This document shows positions 25,828-35,735 of a stretch of DNA of 64,000 nt, in pieces. Source of the DNA: a virus. Under the pieces are notes generated by a model. It was not told the origin of the DNA, searched no databases, and was given only the letters and a program-made list of their open reading frames with translations. How positions within the stretch are numbered: the stretch's first letter is position 1; every line of letters begins with the position of its first letter. The stretch lies in the IMG/VR virus record IMGVR_UViG_3300045973_000529, positions 1 to 64,000 of that record; one strand, 5' to 3'. The position numbers were made by a program, and so were the translations under genes.

Positions 25828-28539
25828 TCACGGAAGCACGTTCGGTGACAGTGATGGATCAGCAACGACCGGAGCTGGCTGGAAGTTCGGATCGATGATT
25901 GGCGGACGCTCGTACGGGACTGGCAACGCTGGTGGTGCAGATGTGCCGCTAGCTTCCACAGTGAGTTGTTCCCGTGGCGGTTGAGCCGCAAGCACATTCA
26001 GACGAGCGATGTCCCAATCCAGCGCCGCGTAGTTGAACTTGGCCTGATCAGCACCTGCACCGACGAGATACCCGTCAACGATGATGGGCACCCCGTTCGT
26101 CATCGGGAGGTACAGCTGCATGCTGCTTTCACCAGTCATTTCAGCCGGTGTTTCGCTCTTCCATCCGTCGAGATGCGCGAACAGCGCGTTGCCGGTCCTG
26201 ATGGAGTTGTTGTCCGTCAAACCTCCAAAGTACCCTGCTTCAACTTCAGCGATCCACTTTGCTGGGTTGTACGACCACCACCACTGTGAGCCATCAGTTG
26301 GGCTCTTCGTCCAGTGACTGTGTTCTTCCGACCAGGTGTGTCCATCTTGGAACTGCAAAAGCTTTCGATTACCAAGGACCGGTGTCTCCATTGCGATGAC
26401 AACGGTAGGTCCAAATGGGCCCATCACCATGTCACCCACGGTGATCTGCTCAATAGCCTTGAGTGTTGTGTCGCCCATCAGCACTTGGGATCCTGCTGGG
26501 AAGCAAGTGCTGCCACCGTCGAAGATTGGTGGTGGATCTTGTTCGACACCAAACCAGAAGAAGTCAGTGAACGCTGATGAGGTTCCATCAGACACGTGGC
26601 ATCGAATCTGCCCTGCGGTTCCTGGACCGTCAGGTGCTACAACGGCGCACCGCGCAGAGAATTGGTTGAACAACGATGCACCACCAGAAATGTTCTGCCA
26701 CTCGTATGTGTACTCAGACCCCGGGTTGCCACCCCCACCGAAGCCATCGAGTGCAAAGCTGTTCGTTCCGGTGCCGTATTGGAAGTAATAAACCGTTGGT
26801 GAGTACGCGCCACCAAATGCTGGCATGTTGGTGAGCGCGAAATTGATGATGCTAGCTCGCAGTGCTGCACGTGATACAGACGGTGCAGTGACCGCGGTGT
26901 TGGTGTACCCCCAATCCACGTAAGCAGCGCCATTACCGCCTGCAGCAGCGTTCTGCACGTTCGGTGCCGTAGCCCCTGCGCCACCTCGCCCGAACAAGAG
27001 CAATGTTGCAACTGACGTCCCAACGAGACTCGTTGTCGGCAGGATTGGGAAGCGACTCGTTGTTGGCACGTGCATGACATCGGCGTATCGAGTTGCAAAG
27101 GCTGAGATACCAGACTTGCCGCTTTCGCCACCATCAGCGCAGGTGTCATTGTACACGAGATTGCCGCGAGCTGTTCGACCACCAAACCCTGAACGAAGGA
27201 AATTGCGTGTAGACACATAGATGCGATCATTCGTGATGCCGCCTCCACCACCGCCTCCACCGCCGCCGTCAGACATAAGCCCACCACCAGCACCATCATT
27301 GATCTTGCCAAGATACTCGCCGTCGCCTCCGCACTGGCGCGATGGGAACCCTGAATCAGTCGTCAACCCCTGAGTCGCCCAGTTCGCGTGTTGGCTAACA
27401 TTCACATAGCCGCTGTCACCACCGCCACCACCGCCTCCACCCCCACCAGCGCAGGCGAGGAAGTACTCACCAGATGGTGTTACCAGAGTCACAAGAGTTG
27501 CCGAGCCACCGCCACCACCATAACCAGAGGCACCGACAGAACCTGCGTAGCCACCGCTGCCACCAACTGGGTGCGCCATCCAGGTGGAGTATTCATCACG
27601 AGTAGTCCACATCTGTGCAGCACCATTCATGATGCGAATCGCGAAACTCCCAATGTCACCGCTGTTCGAATACACAGCAGTGATCTTGTGCCAACCTGGT
27701 GCCACTGAAACGGTTCTGGTCAATGGCGAACCAAGATTGAAAGACGTGCCCGTTGTTGACCCCTGATCGTTCAGACCAAACGTGTTTGCCACAGCAGCAC
27801 CGTTAATCTCGATGGTGACGAAGTTATCAGCGGTGAACTGGAATTGATAGGAACCAAAGAACGGGAAATGCACCATGCGCGACACATGTCGATTGTTCAC
27901 CGGGAACCCGCCGCTCATGTCAGTGGTGACCGCGTATGTGTTATGCCAGGCACCCCAAGAGGTGCTTTGCACTCCGAAGATGCCGTATCCATGCCCACCT
28001 GCTGGTGCTGGATTATTGATTGAGTGCCCCTGGGCCATGAAGCCATTGGCACCGCCACGCCCAATGAAGAATCGCAGGATTCGATTCTCATTCAAATTCC
28101 CAGCCCAAGAGGTGTTCACCGTGCCAGAGATAGTAGAACCACCACCGCCATTTCCACCAGCGATGCTGTTCGAACCGCCACCGCCACCACCGCCGCCGAC
28201 CAAGAACAGCCTGATCAGATCGACGCCTGCTGGGAGCGTTACCTCAACGTAGTCTGAGAGATCATCACCAGCGGCTGGAGCTTGGATCAGCCCAGTGTCA
28301 CCAACGATGACGTCCTTCGTACCATAGAAGTGCGAGAATTGAATGGTGCCTGAAGTTGGAATCAGCACATTGGAGGTCGGAGTCAATGGTGCTGTCTGAA
28401 TCGACCCTGGCCCTGCTGTAGTAACCTGATTCACCTGGCTTCCGCCACGGTAGTATTCGTCAATGGCGACGGGGGCTCCGCCCCCGAACTCCATTTGGAT
28501 GTCGAACAGCGAGATTGCGCCAGAGGTCTGAAGTGCCAT
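25828..28539 (-). CDS. tail-associated protein: Gly-rich + PA14-like + C-terminal Hint domain
   Basis: MALQTSGAISLFDIQMEFGG...EYYRGG N-terminus; LVGGGGGGG blocks; YQFQFTADNFVTIEING..PGWHKITAVY (PA14-like); TCFPAGSQVLMGD.TLK.IEQI.VGD.V (Hint). Confidence 0.8.
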   Translation of the reverse strand: MALQTSGAISLFDIQMEFGGGAPVAIDEYYRGGSQVNQVTTAGPGSIQTAPLTPTSNVLIPTSGTIQFSHFYGTKDVIVGDTGLIQAPAAGDDLSDYVEVTLPAGVDLIRLFLVGGGGGGGGSNSIAGGNGGGGSTISGTVNTSWAGNLNENRILRFFIGRGGANGFMAQGHSINNPAPAGGHGYGIFGVQSTSWGAWHNTYAVTTDMSGGFPVNNRHVSRMVHFPFFGSYQFQFTADNFVTIEINGAAVANTFGLNDQGSTTGTSFNLGSPLTRTVSVAPGWHKITAVYSNSGDIGSFAIRIMNGAAQMWTTRDEYSTWMAHPVGGSGGYAGSVGASGYGGGGGSATLVTLVTPSGEYFLACAGGGGGGGGGGDSGYVNVSQHANWATQGLTTDSGFPSRQCGGDGEYLGKINDGAGGGLMSDGGGGGGGGGGITNDRIYVSTRNFLRSGFGGRTARGNLVYNDTCADGGESGKSGISAFATRYADVMHVPTTSRFPILPTTSLVGTSVATLLLFGRGGAGATAPNVQNAAAGGNGAAYVDWGYTNTAVTAPSVSRAALRASIINFALTNMPAFGGAYSPTVYYFQYGTGTNSFALDGFGGGGNPGSEYTYEWQNISGGASLFNQFSARCAVVAPDGPGTAGQIRCHVSDGTSSAFTDFFWFGVEQDPPPIFDGGSTCFPAGSQVLMGDTTLKAIEQITVGDMVMGPFGPTVVIAMETPVLGNRKLLQFQDGHTWSEEHSHWTKSPTDGSQWWWSYNPAKWIAEVEAGYFGGLTDNNSIRTGNALFAHLDGWKSETPAEMTGESSMQLYLPMTNGVPIIVDGYLVGAGADQAKFNYAALDWDIARLNVLAAQPPREQLTVEASGTSAPPALPVPYERPPIIDPNFQPAPVVADPSLSPNVLP

Positions 28540-30692
28540 TACTTGCTCTCAAGTTCGTCAACACGCGCCATCAGTGACTTGATTTGCTGCTGCTGTTCCG
28601 CCATTGCAGCTGTGAGCAGAGCGACGATTCGCTCATAGCGAATCGTGAGGTACTCGGCGTTGAACGGTGCTGGAGCCACCGCGTCTGGCATGACCTCGAG
28701 AACTTCCTGAGCAATCAGACCGTGTTCGTGTTCACGCTCAGGAACGAAGCCAACCTCTTGGCACTTCTCGGCATTCCAGTCGTAGGAGTAACCACCGATA
28801 GCGAGCACCTTATCGAGCGCGTTCTCAATGAGGGTGACGTTTGTTTTCAGACGGCGGTCAGATGAGTACGCCGTGATGTTTCCGGTCGATGTGATTGGAC
28901 CACTAAATGCGTGTGAACCAGCGACGTAGCTAATTGTAGCAGTGTCCTGAGTCACCACCGTGCCGGTGTTTCCAATGTACCCGGTGCGGGTGCCGTTCGA
29001 TCCGCCATAGAACTCGAGATACCCTGAGTTGCCAGAGGTCGATGACTGCATCCGGATAAAGCCAGTGGTGCCGTTCGAGTTACCAGCTGCCACGTAAGGA
29101 TAGAACGCGCCAACTGGACCTGGATTTGTGGTGGTGATAACACTACCACCCGTGGTGACCAGATTACCAAGTGCCGAAACAGCGCCCGTTGTTTGGATAA
29201 GCGAGTTCTGCCAGTGCAACGTGATGCCGTTCACAGTCAAGCGTTCGCCGTTTGCGGTGCCGACTGTCGTGTTCCCTTGGACCGTCAAGTCGCCAGTGAT
29301 GGTATCACCTGCCTTGAGGACATAGTTCCCGAGCGACGTAGATGTCAGGTACCCTGGGCCGTTTGCAAGCTGACTGAGATTGGTCAGATTGGAGGTATCC
29401 CACAGCGTCTGGATCTGACCCCAGGCATTCGTTGTGCCAGTGTCATCGTTCACCCGGAAGCGGAGACCTGACGGTAGGTTCTCATCGTAGTTCCATCCCG
29501 CCATCAATTGAAATGCATGGACGCCGGTACCGCGAATCGTGAGACCCACCTGATAAGAACCAAGATCAGACGTCGAGTAAGCATCGAAACCGGTCAGCGT
29601 AGTGTTCGCAAATGCTGTCGGACCAGGTGAGGCGATGCCTGTGGTTCCAAAGTCGTAGAAGTATGAAGGAAGCACGTATGCCGTTGACCCCGTCAACGGT
29701 GTATTCGCCACTGTTCGTGCTGTACCAATGCCAGTGATGCCAGACCAAGGAACTGCACCTGCTGAACCAGCAGTCGTTGCTGAACCAGCAGTCGTTGCTG
29801 AGCCGGCGGTATCTGCTGTCAGTGCGTGTGACACATTCAGCGCGGAGCTTGCCACCCATACCGGTGCGCCAGTGCCACCAGAGGTCAAGATGTTGTGTGT
29901 CAGTCCAGTGCCAGAACCGAAAGCGGTGCCGCTGGCAGCTGAGTACCCGATGGTCGTCGTTGAAACACCGTACATGATGCCACCGAGCGTTGGGGCAGTG
30001 GTGATGCCTGTGCCGCCAAGTGTCACCGACAACTTGTTGTTCAGCGCAGTACCGAGACCAACGTCAGTGCCAGACCAGCCACCGTTCATGTTCCCGATGT
30101 TCAACAGATCCTTGGCATGGCGACCGTCCACAGAGTCAGCATCAAGCAACGAAGTGTGACCCATGTTCCCAGCGTGCCATACTTGCCCGCCAAGGTACTT
30201 CAGTCCCAGAGCACCAGCTACCCGAGCAGGTGGACCAACGACCGCAGCGGTATTCGAGTCGATCGACAAGAAGTTCGTCATGGTGCCACCGGCACCAGTC
30301 CAGCTGTTGCCAGCTCCGATCTTCACGATGCCGTCGAGACCTTCAATGATGAGCGGTTTGTTGGTGCCAGAGCCAGTGCTGTTACCGAGCACCAAGCGCT
30401 GAGCGCCTGTAGTTTGTGTGATCTTCAAGAACGATGGGACCGTCAGCTGTCCTGTCATCGTGTCGCCAGTGATGTCGACATAGATGGATGGCTGACCAGC
30501 CAAGAACCAGCTCTGTGACACCTGTCCACCAAGTGCAACCGTGTTCGTGTCAGGCGAGAAGCCGTACACATACAGCCCCTGCGCTGAACCGACATCGTTC
30601 GTCTTGTAGAACATTGCCCCGTCCATCGAGAGCCCCGCGGTTGGAAGCGTTGGGCCGTACGAGATGATTGCGCCGTTATTGATCTTCGCCAT
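28539..30692 (-). CDS. tail fibre with peptidase S74 chaperone
   Basis: SSDRRLKTNV...IGGYSYDWN...GLIAQEV...IRYERIVALL; TAATG coupling to the next gene. Confidence 0.88.
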   Translation of the reverse strand: MAKINNGAIISYGPTLPTAGLSMDGAMFYKTNDVGSAQGLYVYGFSPDTNTVALGGQVSQSWFLAGQPSIYVDITGDTMTGQLTVPSFLKITQTTGAQRLVLGNSTGSGTNKPLIIEGLDGIVKIGAGNSWTGAGGTMTNFLSIDSNTAAVVGPPARVAGALGLKYLGGQVWHAGNMGHTSLLDADSVDGRHAKDLLNIGNMNGGWSGTDVGLGTALNNKLSVTLGGTGITTAPTLGGIMYGVSTTTIGYSAASGTAFGSGTGLTHNILTSGGTGAPVWVASSALNVSHALTADTAGSATTAGSATTAGSAGAVPWSGITGIGTARTVANTPLTGSTAYVLPSYFYDFGTTGIASPGPTAFANTTLTGFDAYSTSDLGSYQVGLTIRGTGVHAFQLMAGWNYDENLPSGLRFRVNDDTGTTNAWGQIQTLWDTSNLTNLSQLANGPGYLTSTSLGNYVLKAGDTITGDLTVQGNTTVGTANGERLTVNGITLHWQNSLIQTTGAVSALGNLVTTGGSVITTTNPGPVGAFYPYVAAGNSNGTTGFIRMQSSTSGNSGYLEFYGGSNGTRTGYIGNTGTVVTQDTATISYVAGSHAFSGPITSTGNITAYSSDRRLKTNVTLIENALDKVLAIGGYSYDWNAEKCQEVGFVPEREHEHGLIAQEVLEVMPDAVAPAPFNAEYLTIRYERIVALLTAAMAEQQQQIKSLMARVDELESK

Positions 30693-30712
30693 GGTGTTTC
30701 CTTTGTCAGGGG

Positions 30713-30720
30713 CTATTTAG
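30713..30720 (-). promoter_or_regulatory. late-promoter-like motif CTAAATAG overlapping the upstream TAA
   Basis: Its TAA is the stop of 30717..35621; precedes AGGAAACACC-ATG at 30692. Confidence 0.68.
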
Positions 30721-33700
30721 GCGCGCAGCGAAGCAATCTCGGCGCGCAGCTCCTCGATCTGCCGTTGCTGTTCCTTGATCGCCTCGATCAGCACCCCGAC
30801 CATGTTCCCGTACGACACACTGAGTGTCCCGTCGTTTGTCTCGTGCACTACTCGTGGCAGTACTTCTTGAACTTCCTGCGCAATCACACCAGTGCTAAGA
30901 GCACCACCATCAGTACGGGTGAAGTCCACACCTCGGAGAGCCATGACCTTGTCCAACGCATGATCAATCGTGACGACATCGGTCTTCAGTCGCGCATCAG
31001 AGAATGCCGCAACGTCACCAGCCACGATAAGTCCGTTGGCACTTGTTCCACCGAGATTGTAGTTCGTGCCATCAAAGTACAAGTAGTGGTTGTTGTTGTC
31101 GCCGAAGTACAGCACACCGGTGGTTGCAGACCGACGACTGACGATGTCGCCAGCCTGGCCGCTGGAAGCTACAACACCATCAAACGATGCAACCAACTTA
31201 GGAATCGTGAACTGAGTCTTGGATGACTGGAGCCGGTAGCTGTTCAACCCATCCGACCAACCACCAAGGCGGAACACATTGTCATTGTCAAGACCCATGT
31301 TCAAAGCGTACTGACCGGCACGGTGGAATGCCATAATGGCGCCGAGGCCAGATCCAGAAGCTGTATACGCTTGCAGGGTGCCGGCATTAGCAGCACTACC
31401 TACGGTTGAAGCAGCGAGTGTAGAGAACTGTTGCTCAGTCGTCCAGACATTGGCGCCATAGTTCGCGATCGTGTCTCCATCAACCTTCCAGGTGCCTTGA
31501 AGATCGATGCCGCCGTTGCTGGACAGATGCACCATTGAAGCCATGGTGGCATTTGGGCCGGCTGCGGTTGCAGTACTTGGAAGGAAACCAATCGCCACCG
31601 TGTTCGCTGATGAAGTAGAAGGCTTCAAGATCAAACCGAACTGGGTGGAACCACCTGGGTAGGTGTTCGTGATCGATGAGGAGAATCCGTTGTACGCGAT
31701 GTTCCCAAGGTTCAAGAATGGCAGAGAAGAACTGAAGTGCGCAATGGATGCCTTGCGCATGACGTTGTCTGCGCTGGTGGTCACCATGACCTGATTGATC
31801 GTTGGGTTCTCGCTCACTGCAGATGTCTGAAGGAAGTGCTGCGCAGTGATGTCAGCATTTGGATCACGCTGAACGATCGTTGATGCAGTTGCGGTGGTGG
31901 CTGATGCTGGGATCTGGCGGGAGGTCCACTCAGTTCCGTTCCAACCGAGCACGTCGTTGGCGAGCTTCGTGGAGATTACAACGTTGCCAAGCTCTTCCAC
32001 GGTATCGTACTGGCGAACTGGATAAGAAACTTGTGACACGATGTTTGTCGCATCAGTCGTGATTTCAGCAAGCAGCACGCGAATGAACGACGTTGGAAGC
32101 AGCGTTGTCGACACCGTGATGTCGACGGAAGTACGGTCACCAGCATGCTTTGATGCATAGACGTAGTTCACGGCGCTTGGGTTCAGCGCAATGGACTGTG
32201 TTGGCGTCGTGCAGTAGTATCCACCAATGAAGAGTGGATAGCTTGAGATGTACGCGATCAGACCCGTGGCGCTTTCGGTCGTCACCCACATCTGCTTGCG
32301 TGTTGCGGTGTTGGTGAACCACTGTGTTTCAGTGATCGTTGAACCATCGCGAACATCACGTGACGACAGGAAGTACGCCGCGTCATACACCGTGGTCGAT
32401 TGGAAGTGGTAGTACCCGAGTGCGGTGCTGTACCCCCATGAATTGCCAGGGTAGTTGTTCTGCGTGCCATAGCCGCCTGGGCCGGTGGAGATTGCATTCC
32501 AGCTGTTGATCGATCCAGTAACAGCCACGTTCGTGCCAGTGTCGAAGTAGCCGTAGTACCAGAACGTTCCACCAGTCACTGGCACCGAGAAGTGGTACAG
32601 CATGCGTCCTGCTTCAGTGAGCAGAGTATGACCAGATGCTGATGTCGTGAAGAGATAGTAGAAGTCGTTTCGAGCTGTCCGAGCTGAGGCGAGTTCCGTC
32701 TGGTGAATGCTTGTTGCCACCACTGACCAGACGCCGCTGACGCACTTCAACATGTGCATACCGCCGCCAGTCGTCTGTGTGACGTGACCGGAACCAGTAC
32801 CCGCGGCAGTAGCAGTGAACGTGGTGCCGACGTTATTCGAAGAAGCACCGACCAACGTGAAGTTCGTGGAGCCAGCAATCGCAATGACGTAGTCACGCCC
32901 TGGAACCATTGCCGTTGCGAGAATGTCGGAATTTTGCACAACCGCCCAGTACACCGGGCTTACCGTGCTGCCGTTCCACGCAGTGATCCAAGCATCAGCC
33001 AGATCGGTGAGTGCGCCAACCGTATTTGGGATGACTGGCATGGTGATACCAGTCGACGTGTATGCGCGAGACACCCCGTCAGGATTGACAGAGATGTTGT
33101 ACACCAACGATCCTGGGTGTGTCCAGTAGTATGTTGGCACGCCCGCGGTCACCGTAGTTCCGAACTTGCCAGGGCGGAAGTTTGAGGTGATTGTCGCTGG
33201 TGCTGAAGTTTGTGGGTTCACCAGAGCTGTCGGTGAATCAAGCTTCAGGGTGTCGTTGGTCTGTCCTTGTGCAACCGAGCTGAACACGGTGGTGGAGAAC
33301 TTCGCCTGCACATACACCGAGCCATACCGGGTGCTGGTGGCGTGGAACATAATGTTGTTCCCGATCACGTGACCGAACCACGAGTCAATGGTCTTTGACC
33401 AAGGTGAACCGTCAGGGATGTTCTGCGAGTGCGTGATTTCGAGCTTGTTCGTCAGATTGGTGCCGAACGTCTTGTACTCGAATGGAGCTTGCGCCGCCGC
33501 TGTACCAGTACCAGTGCCTGGTCCTGTTGCGGTGAACGATGTACCAATTGTGTTTGAAGACGCACCGTACAGCGTGAAGTTCGTTGTGCCAAGCGATTCG
33601 ATGGTGTACGTTGTACCAGCGAGCATACCTGGAGCGAGGGTCGTGTTGAATGACAAACGCCGAATGGTGCCAATGCTGGTGCTTGAGAAGCTGCCCTTCG

Positions 33701-35621
33701 TGGTGAGGTACATGTCACCCGAGTACTCATCAGTGATGATGGATGAGTTCGACTGACCGAATGCCCAGGTGCTGACAACGCCACCGTCATCAGTGTTCCA
33801 GGTGGCGTCTGGCTGAGCGTGGTAGCGGTAACCATCACCCTTCACTGGGATCTTGTTCTGCGGTGTTCCAACCCCTGTCTCGATCCATGAGCGTGGAACG
33901 TCCCACGACACGTGCAAGCCCCACGACTGTCCAGTTGACGCGTCGAACGGTGTTGCGAAGTCGTAGTACGTTGAGAACACTGTGTAGAACGTTTCGAGGA
34001 ACGGGTTCCAGGTAAACGGATAGATGTTCCCGTGTCCGCTGTAGTTCAGCAGCGTTGTTGGCGTATTGATGCGACGCTGCGTCACCGTGCCGGTGCCGGT
34101 GCCTGGAGCAGTCGCAGTGAAGGACTGACCGACAGTGTTCGACACTGCACCGTACAGTGTGAAGTTCGTGGTGCCAATGGAAGAGATCAGGTACTTTGTG
34201 CCTGGTACCATTGTGGTGACTGGAGCTTCAGTCACATCAAGCAGCTGCAGATCAGTGGACTTCGTGTACAGTACTTGCGACCGAAGAAGAGTCAATGAAC
34301 TATCGTACACTTCAAGCGTGTACAGGTCCTGCGCAGAATTCATGATGCCGCGCAGAATCCGGTCACCAGAAGCCGTCTCAATCAAACTGAGATTGGTGCG
34401 AACCGCGTACAGAGTAGTCACATCATACGCGAACACCCAATCACGCCAGTCCGATGAACCAGCTGTCTTCACCAACACAACGCGTGTCAAGGTGTTCGGG
34501 TATGTGATTGAGGTGATGTAGAGCAGCGCAAAGAACGTGCCCATGTTCGCGATGTAGTTCACCTTCTCAGTTGGGAGCAGGAACACTGCCGAGACAGGGT
34601 CATTGTCGTACACGAGAGTGTCGTTGTCTGAGAAGCGGTACGCACGGTAGTAACGGGCATCGCCAGTTGGTGTTGAGGTGCCATAGAAGAACACTTGCCG
34701 ACCAGAAGCACCGACCCAAGCATAAGTGGTGTCGTTCCAAACACCCTGAGAGAAGCCAAAGGAAGCGTACACCGGAACTGTGTTGTCCTTCAGAGTACCT
34801 GCAAGCGGTGGCAAGTTCAGGTAGTCGGCAGCGTCAACGTACGCTGTGGTTGACACCGTGTCGGTGATACCATAACCCAAGAGAGTTGTTGGAGTACCAG
34901 TGACACCTGACCAGGCGACCCCAGAGGCCGTAGTGGCAGTGCCTGCGCTGACTGCACGGGAAACATTCAGACTCGTGGCGTTCAACCATGATGGCGCACC
35001 AGTTCCGCCGGAGATCAGGACCTGCCAGTTTTGCGATGTACCTGAACCAGAGGTGGCGGTACCAGCAGCTGTGAAGCCGTGCGCCGTTGTCGATGCGCCG
35101 TACGCAATGCCGCCCTGTGTCGAGGTGGTCAGATTCGTACCGCCCTTGGCAACCGTCAAAGTACCACCAAGATTGGACAACGTCAAATTCGCTTCAGTGA
35201 CATCGATGGTTGGATTACCAGCGACACCTGAACCGTTCGTGATGCTGATCTTTGTTGAGCCAGCCGTCAGAGTTCGCACTGCACTGGTAGATGCGCCGGT
35301 GATGACGTACATGCCGGTCGAGGCGGCTGAGATCGCTGCCAGAGCATCAAGCGATGCATCCTGTGTCTGGAAGTGCGTCGAGTCGAAACCATCCAGGGTG
35401 TCGGCATCAACCTGATCAGCCGTTGCTTTTGTCCAGCCTTGCGAAACTTGCTGCCCGAAAGCAGCTGAGTTCGAATCGGCAGTGAACCCATAGACGTACA
35501 ACCCCTTCGACGGACCAATCAGACCGTCCGTCTTGTAGAACAAAGCGCCGTCGATTGAGGCCGTAGCGTCCGGAAGAATCGGGCCGTACGAGATCAGGGC
35601 GCCAGAGAGAAGTTTTGCCAT
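30717..35621 (-). CDS. long tail fibre/spike with peptidase S74 chaperone (1634 aa)
   Basis: N-terminus paralogous to 28539..30692; aromatic beta-rich centre; SDARLKTDV...GVIAQEV...VSYGNMVGVLIEAIKE. Confidence 0.88.
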   Translation of the reverse strand: MAKLLSGALISYGPILPDATASIDGALFYKTDGLIGPSKGLYVYGFTADSNSAAFGQQVSQGWTKATADQVDADTLDGFDSTHFQTQDASLDALAAISAASTGMYVITGASTSAVRTLTAGSTKISITNGSGVAGNPTIDVTEANLTLSNLGGTLTVAKGGTNLTTSTQGGIAYGASTTAHGFTAAGTATSGSGTSQNWQVLISGGTGAPSWLNATSLNVSRAVSAGTATTASGVAWSGVTGTPTTLLGYGITDTVSTTAYVDAADYLNLPPLAGTLKDNTVPVYASFGFSQGVWNDTTYAWVGASGRQVFFYGTSTPTGDARYYRAYRFSDNDTLVYDNDPVSAVFLLPTEKVNYIANMGTFFALLYITSITYPNTLTRVVLVKTAGSSDWRDWVFAYDVTTLYAVRTNLSLIETASGDRILRGIMNSAQDLYTLEVYDSSLTLLRSQVLYTKSTDLQLLDVTEAPVTTMVPGTKYLISSIGTTNFTLYGAVSNTVGQSFTATAPGTGTGTVTQRRINTPTTLLNYSGHGNIYPFTWNPFLETFYTVFSTYYDFATPFDASTGQSWGLHVSWDVPRSWIETGVGTPQNKIPVKGDGYRYHAQPDATWNTDDGGVVSTWAFGQSNSSIITDEYSGDMYLTTKGSFSSTSIGTIRRLSFNTTLAPGMLAGTTYTIESLGTTNFTLYGASSNTIGTSFTATGPGTGTGTAAAQAPFEYKTFGTNLTNKLEITHSQNIPDGSPWSKTIDSWFGHVIGNNIMFHATSTRYGSVYVQAKFSTTVFSSVAQGQTNDTLKLDSPTALVNPQTSAPATITSNFRPGKFGTTVTAGVPTYYWTHPGSLVYNISVNPDGVSRAYTSTGITMPVIPNTVGALTDLADAWITAWNGSTVSPVYWAVVQNSDILATAMVPGRDYVIAIAGSTNFTLVGASSNNVGTTFTATAAGTGSGHVTQTTGGGMHMLKCVSGVWSVVATSIHQTELASARTARNDFYYLFTTSASGHTLLTEAGRMLYHFSVPVTGGTFWYYGYFDTGTNVAVTGSINSWNAISTGPGGYGTQNNYPGNSWGYSTALGYYHFQSTTVYDAAYFLSSRDVRDGSTITETQWFTNTATRKQMWVTTESATGLIAYISSYPLFIGGYYCTTPTQSIALNPSAVNYVYASKHAGDRTSVDITVSTTLLPTSFIRVLLAEITTDATNIVSQVSYPVRQYDTVEELGNVVISTKLANDVLGWNGTEWTSRQIPASATTATASTIVQRDPNADITAQHFLQTSAVSENPTINQVMVTTSADNVMRKASIAHFSSSLPFLNLGNIAYNGFSSSITNTYPGGSTQFGLILKPSTSSANTVAIGFLPSTATAAGPNATMASMVHLSSNGGIDLQGTWKVDGDTIANYGANVWTTEQQFSTLAASTVGSAANAGTLQAYTASGSGLGAIMAFHRAGQYALNMGLDNDNVFRLGGWSDGLNSYRLQSSKTQFTIPKLVASFDGVVASSGQAGDIVSRRSATTGVLYFGDNNNHYLYFDGTNYNLGGTSANGLIVAGDVAAFSDARLKTDVVTIDHALDKVMALRGVDFTRTDGGALSTGVIAQEVQEVLPRVVHETNDGTLSVSYGNMVGVLIEAIKEQQRQIEELRAEIASLRA

Positions 35622-35646
35622 GGGTGCAGCTCAGTAGAGGTTTGGG

Positions 35647-35654
35647 CTATTTAG
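35647..35654 (-). promoter_or_regulatory. late-promoter-like motif CTAAATAG
   Basis: Upstream of ATG 35621, at the head of the second fibre block. Confidence 0.7.
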
Positions 35655-35686
35655 ACCACAGTTCCTGAACCTTCTACTAGGTCGAG

Positions 35687-35708
35687 TTGTAACATCGTTG
35701 CGTTACAA
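35687..35708. promoter_or_regulatory. inverted repeat TTGTAAC-N8-GTTACAA overlapping a TACAAT -10 box
   Basis: Perfect 7-bp arms; third TTGTAAC at 35718; in the divergent intergenic region. Confidence 0.5.
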
Positions 35709-35735
35709 TTGACCATCTTGTAACGGAGACTGCAA

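Noticed and set aside
26056-26505. A self-splicing intein or homing element
   Set aside because: No C-terminal His-Asn followed by Cys/Ser/Thr and no endonuclease; kept as a Hint domain
6985-35621. Diversity-generating retroelement acting on fibre tips
   Set aside because: No reverse transcriptase and no repeat pair differing only at adenines was seen; repeats found are synonymous-diverged coding modules
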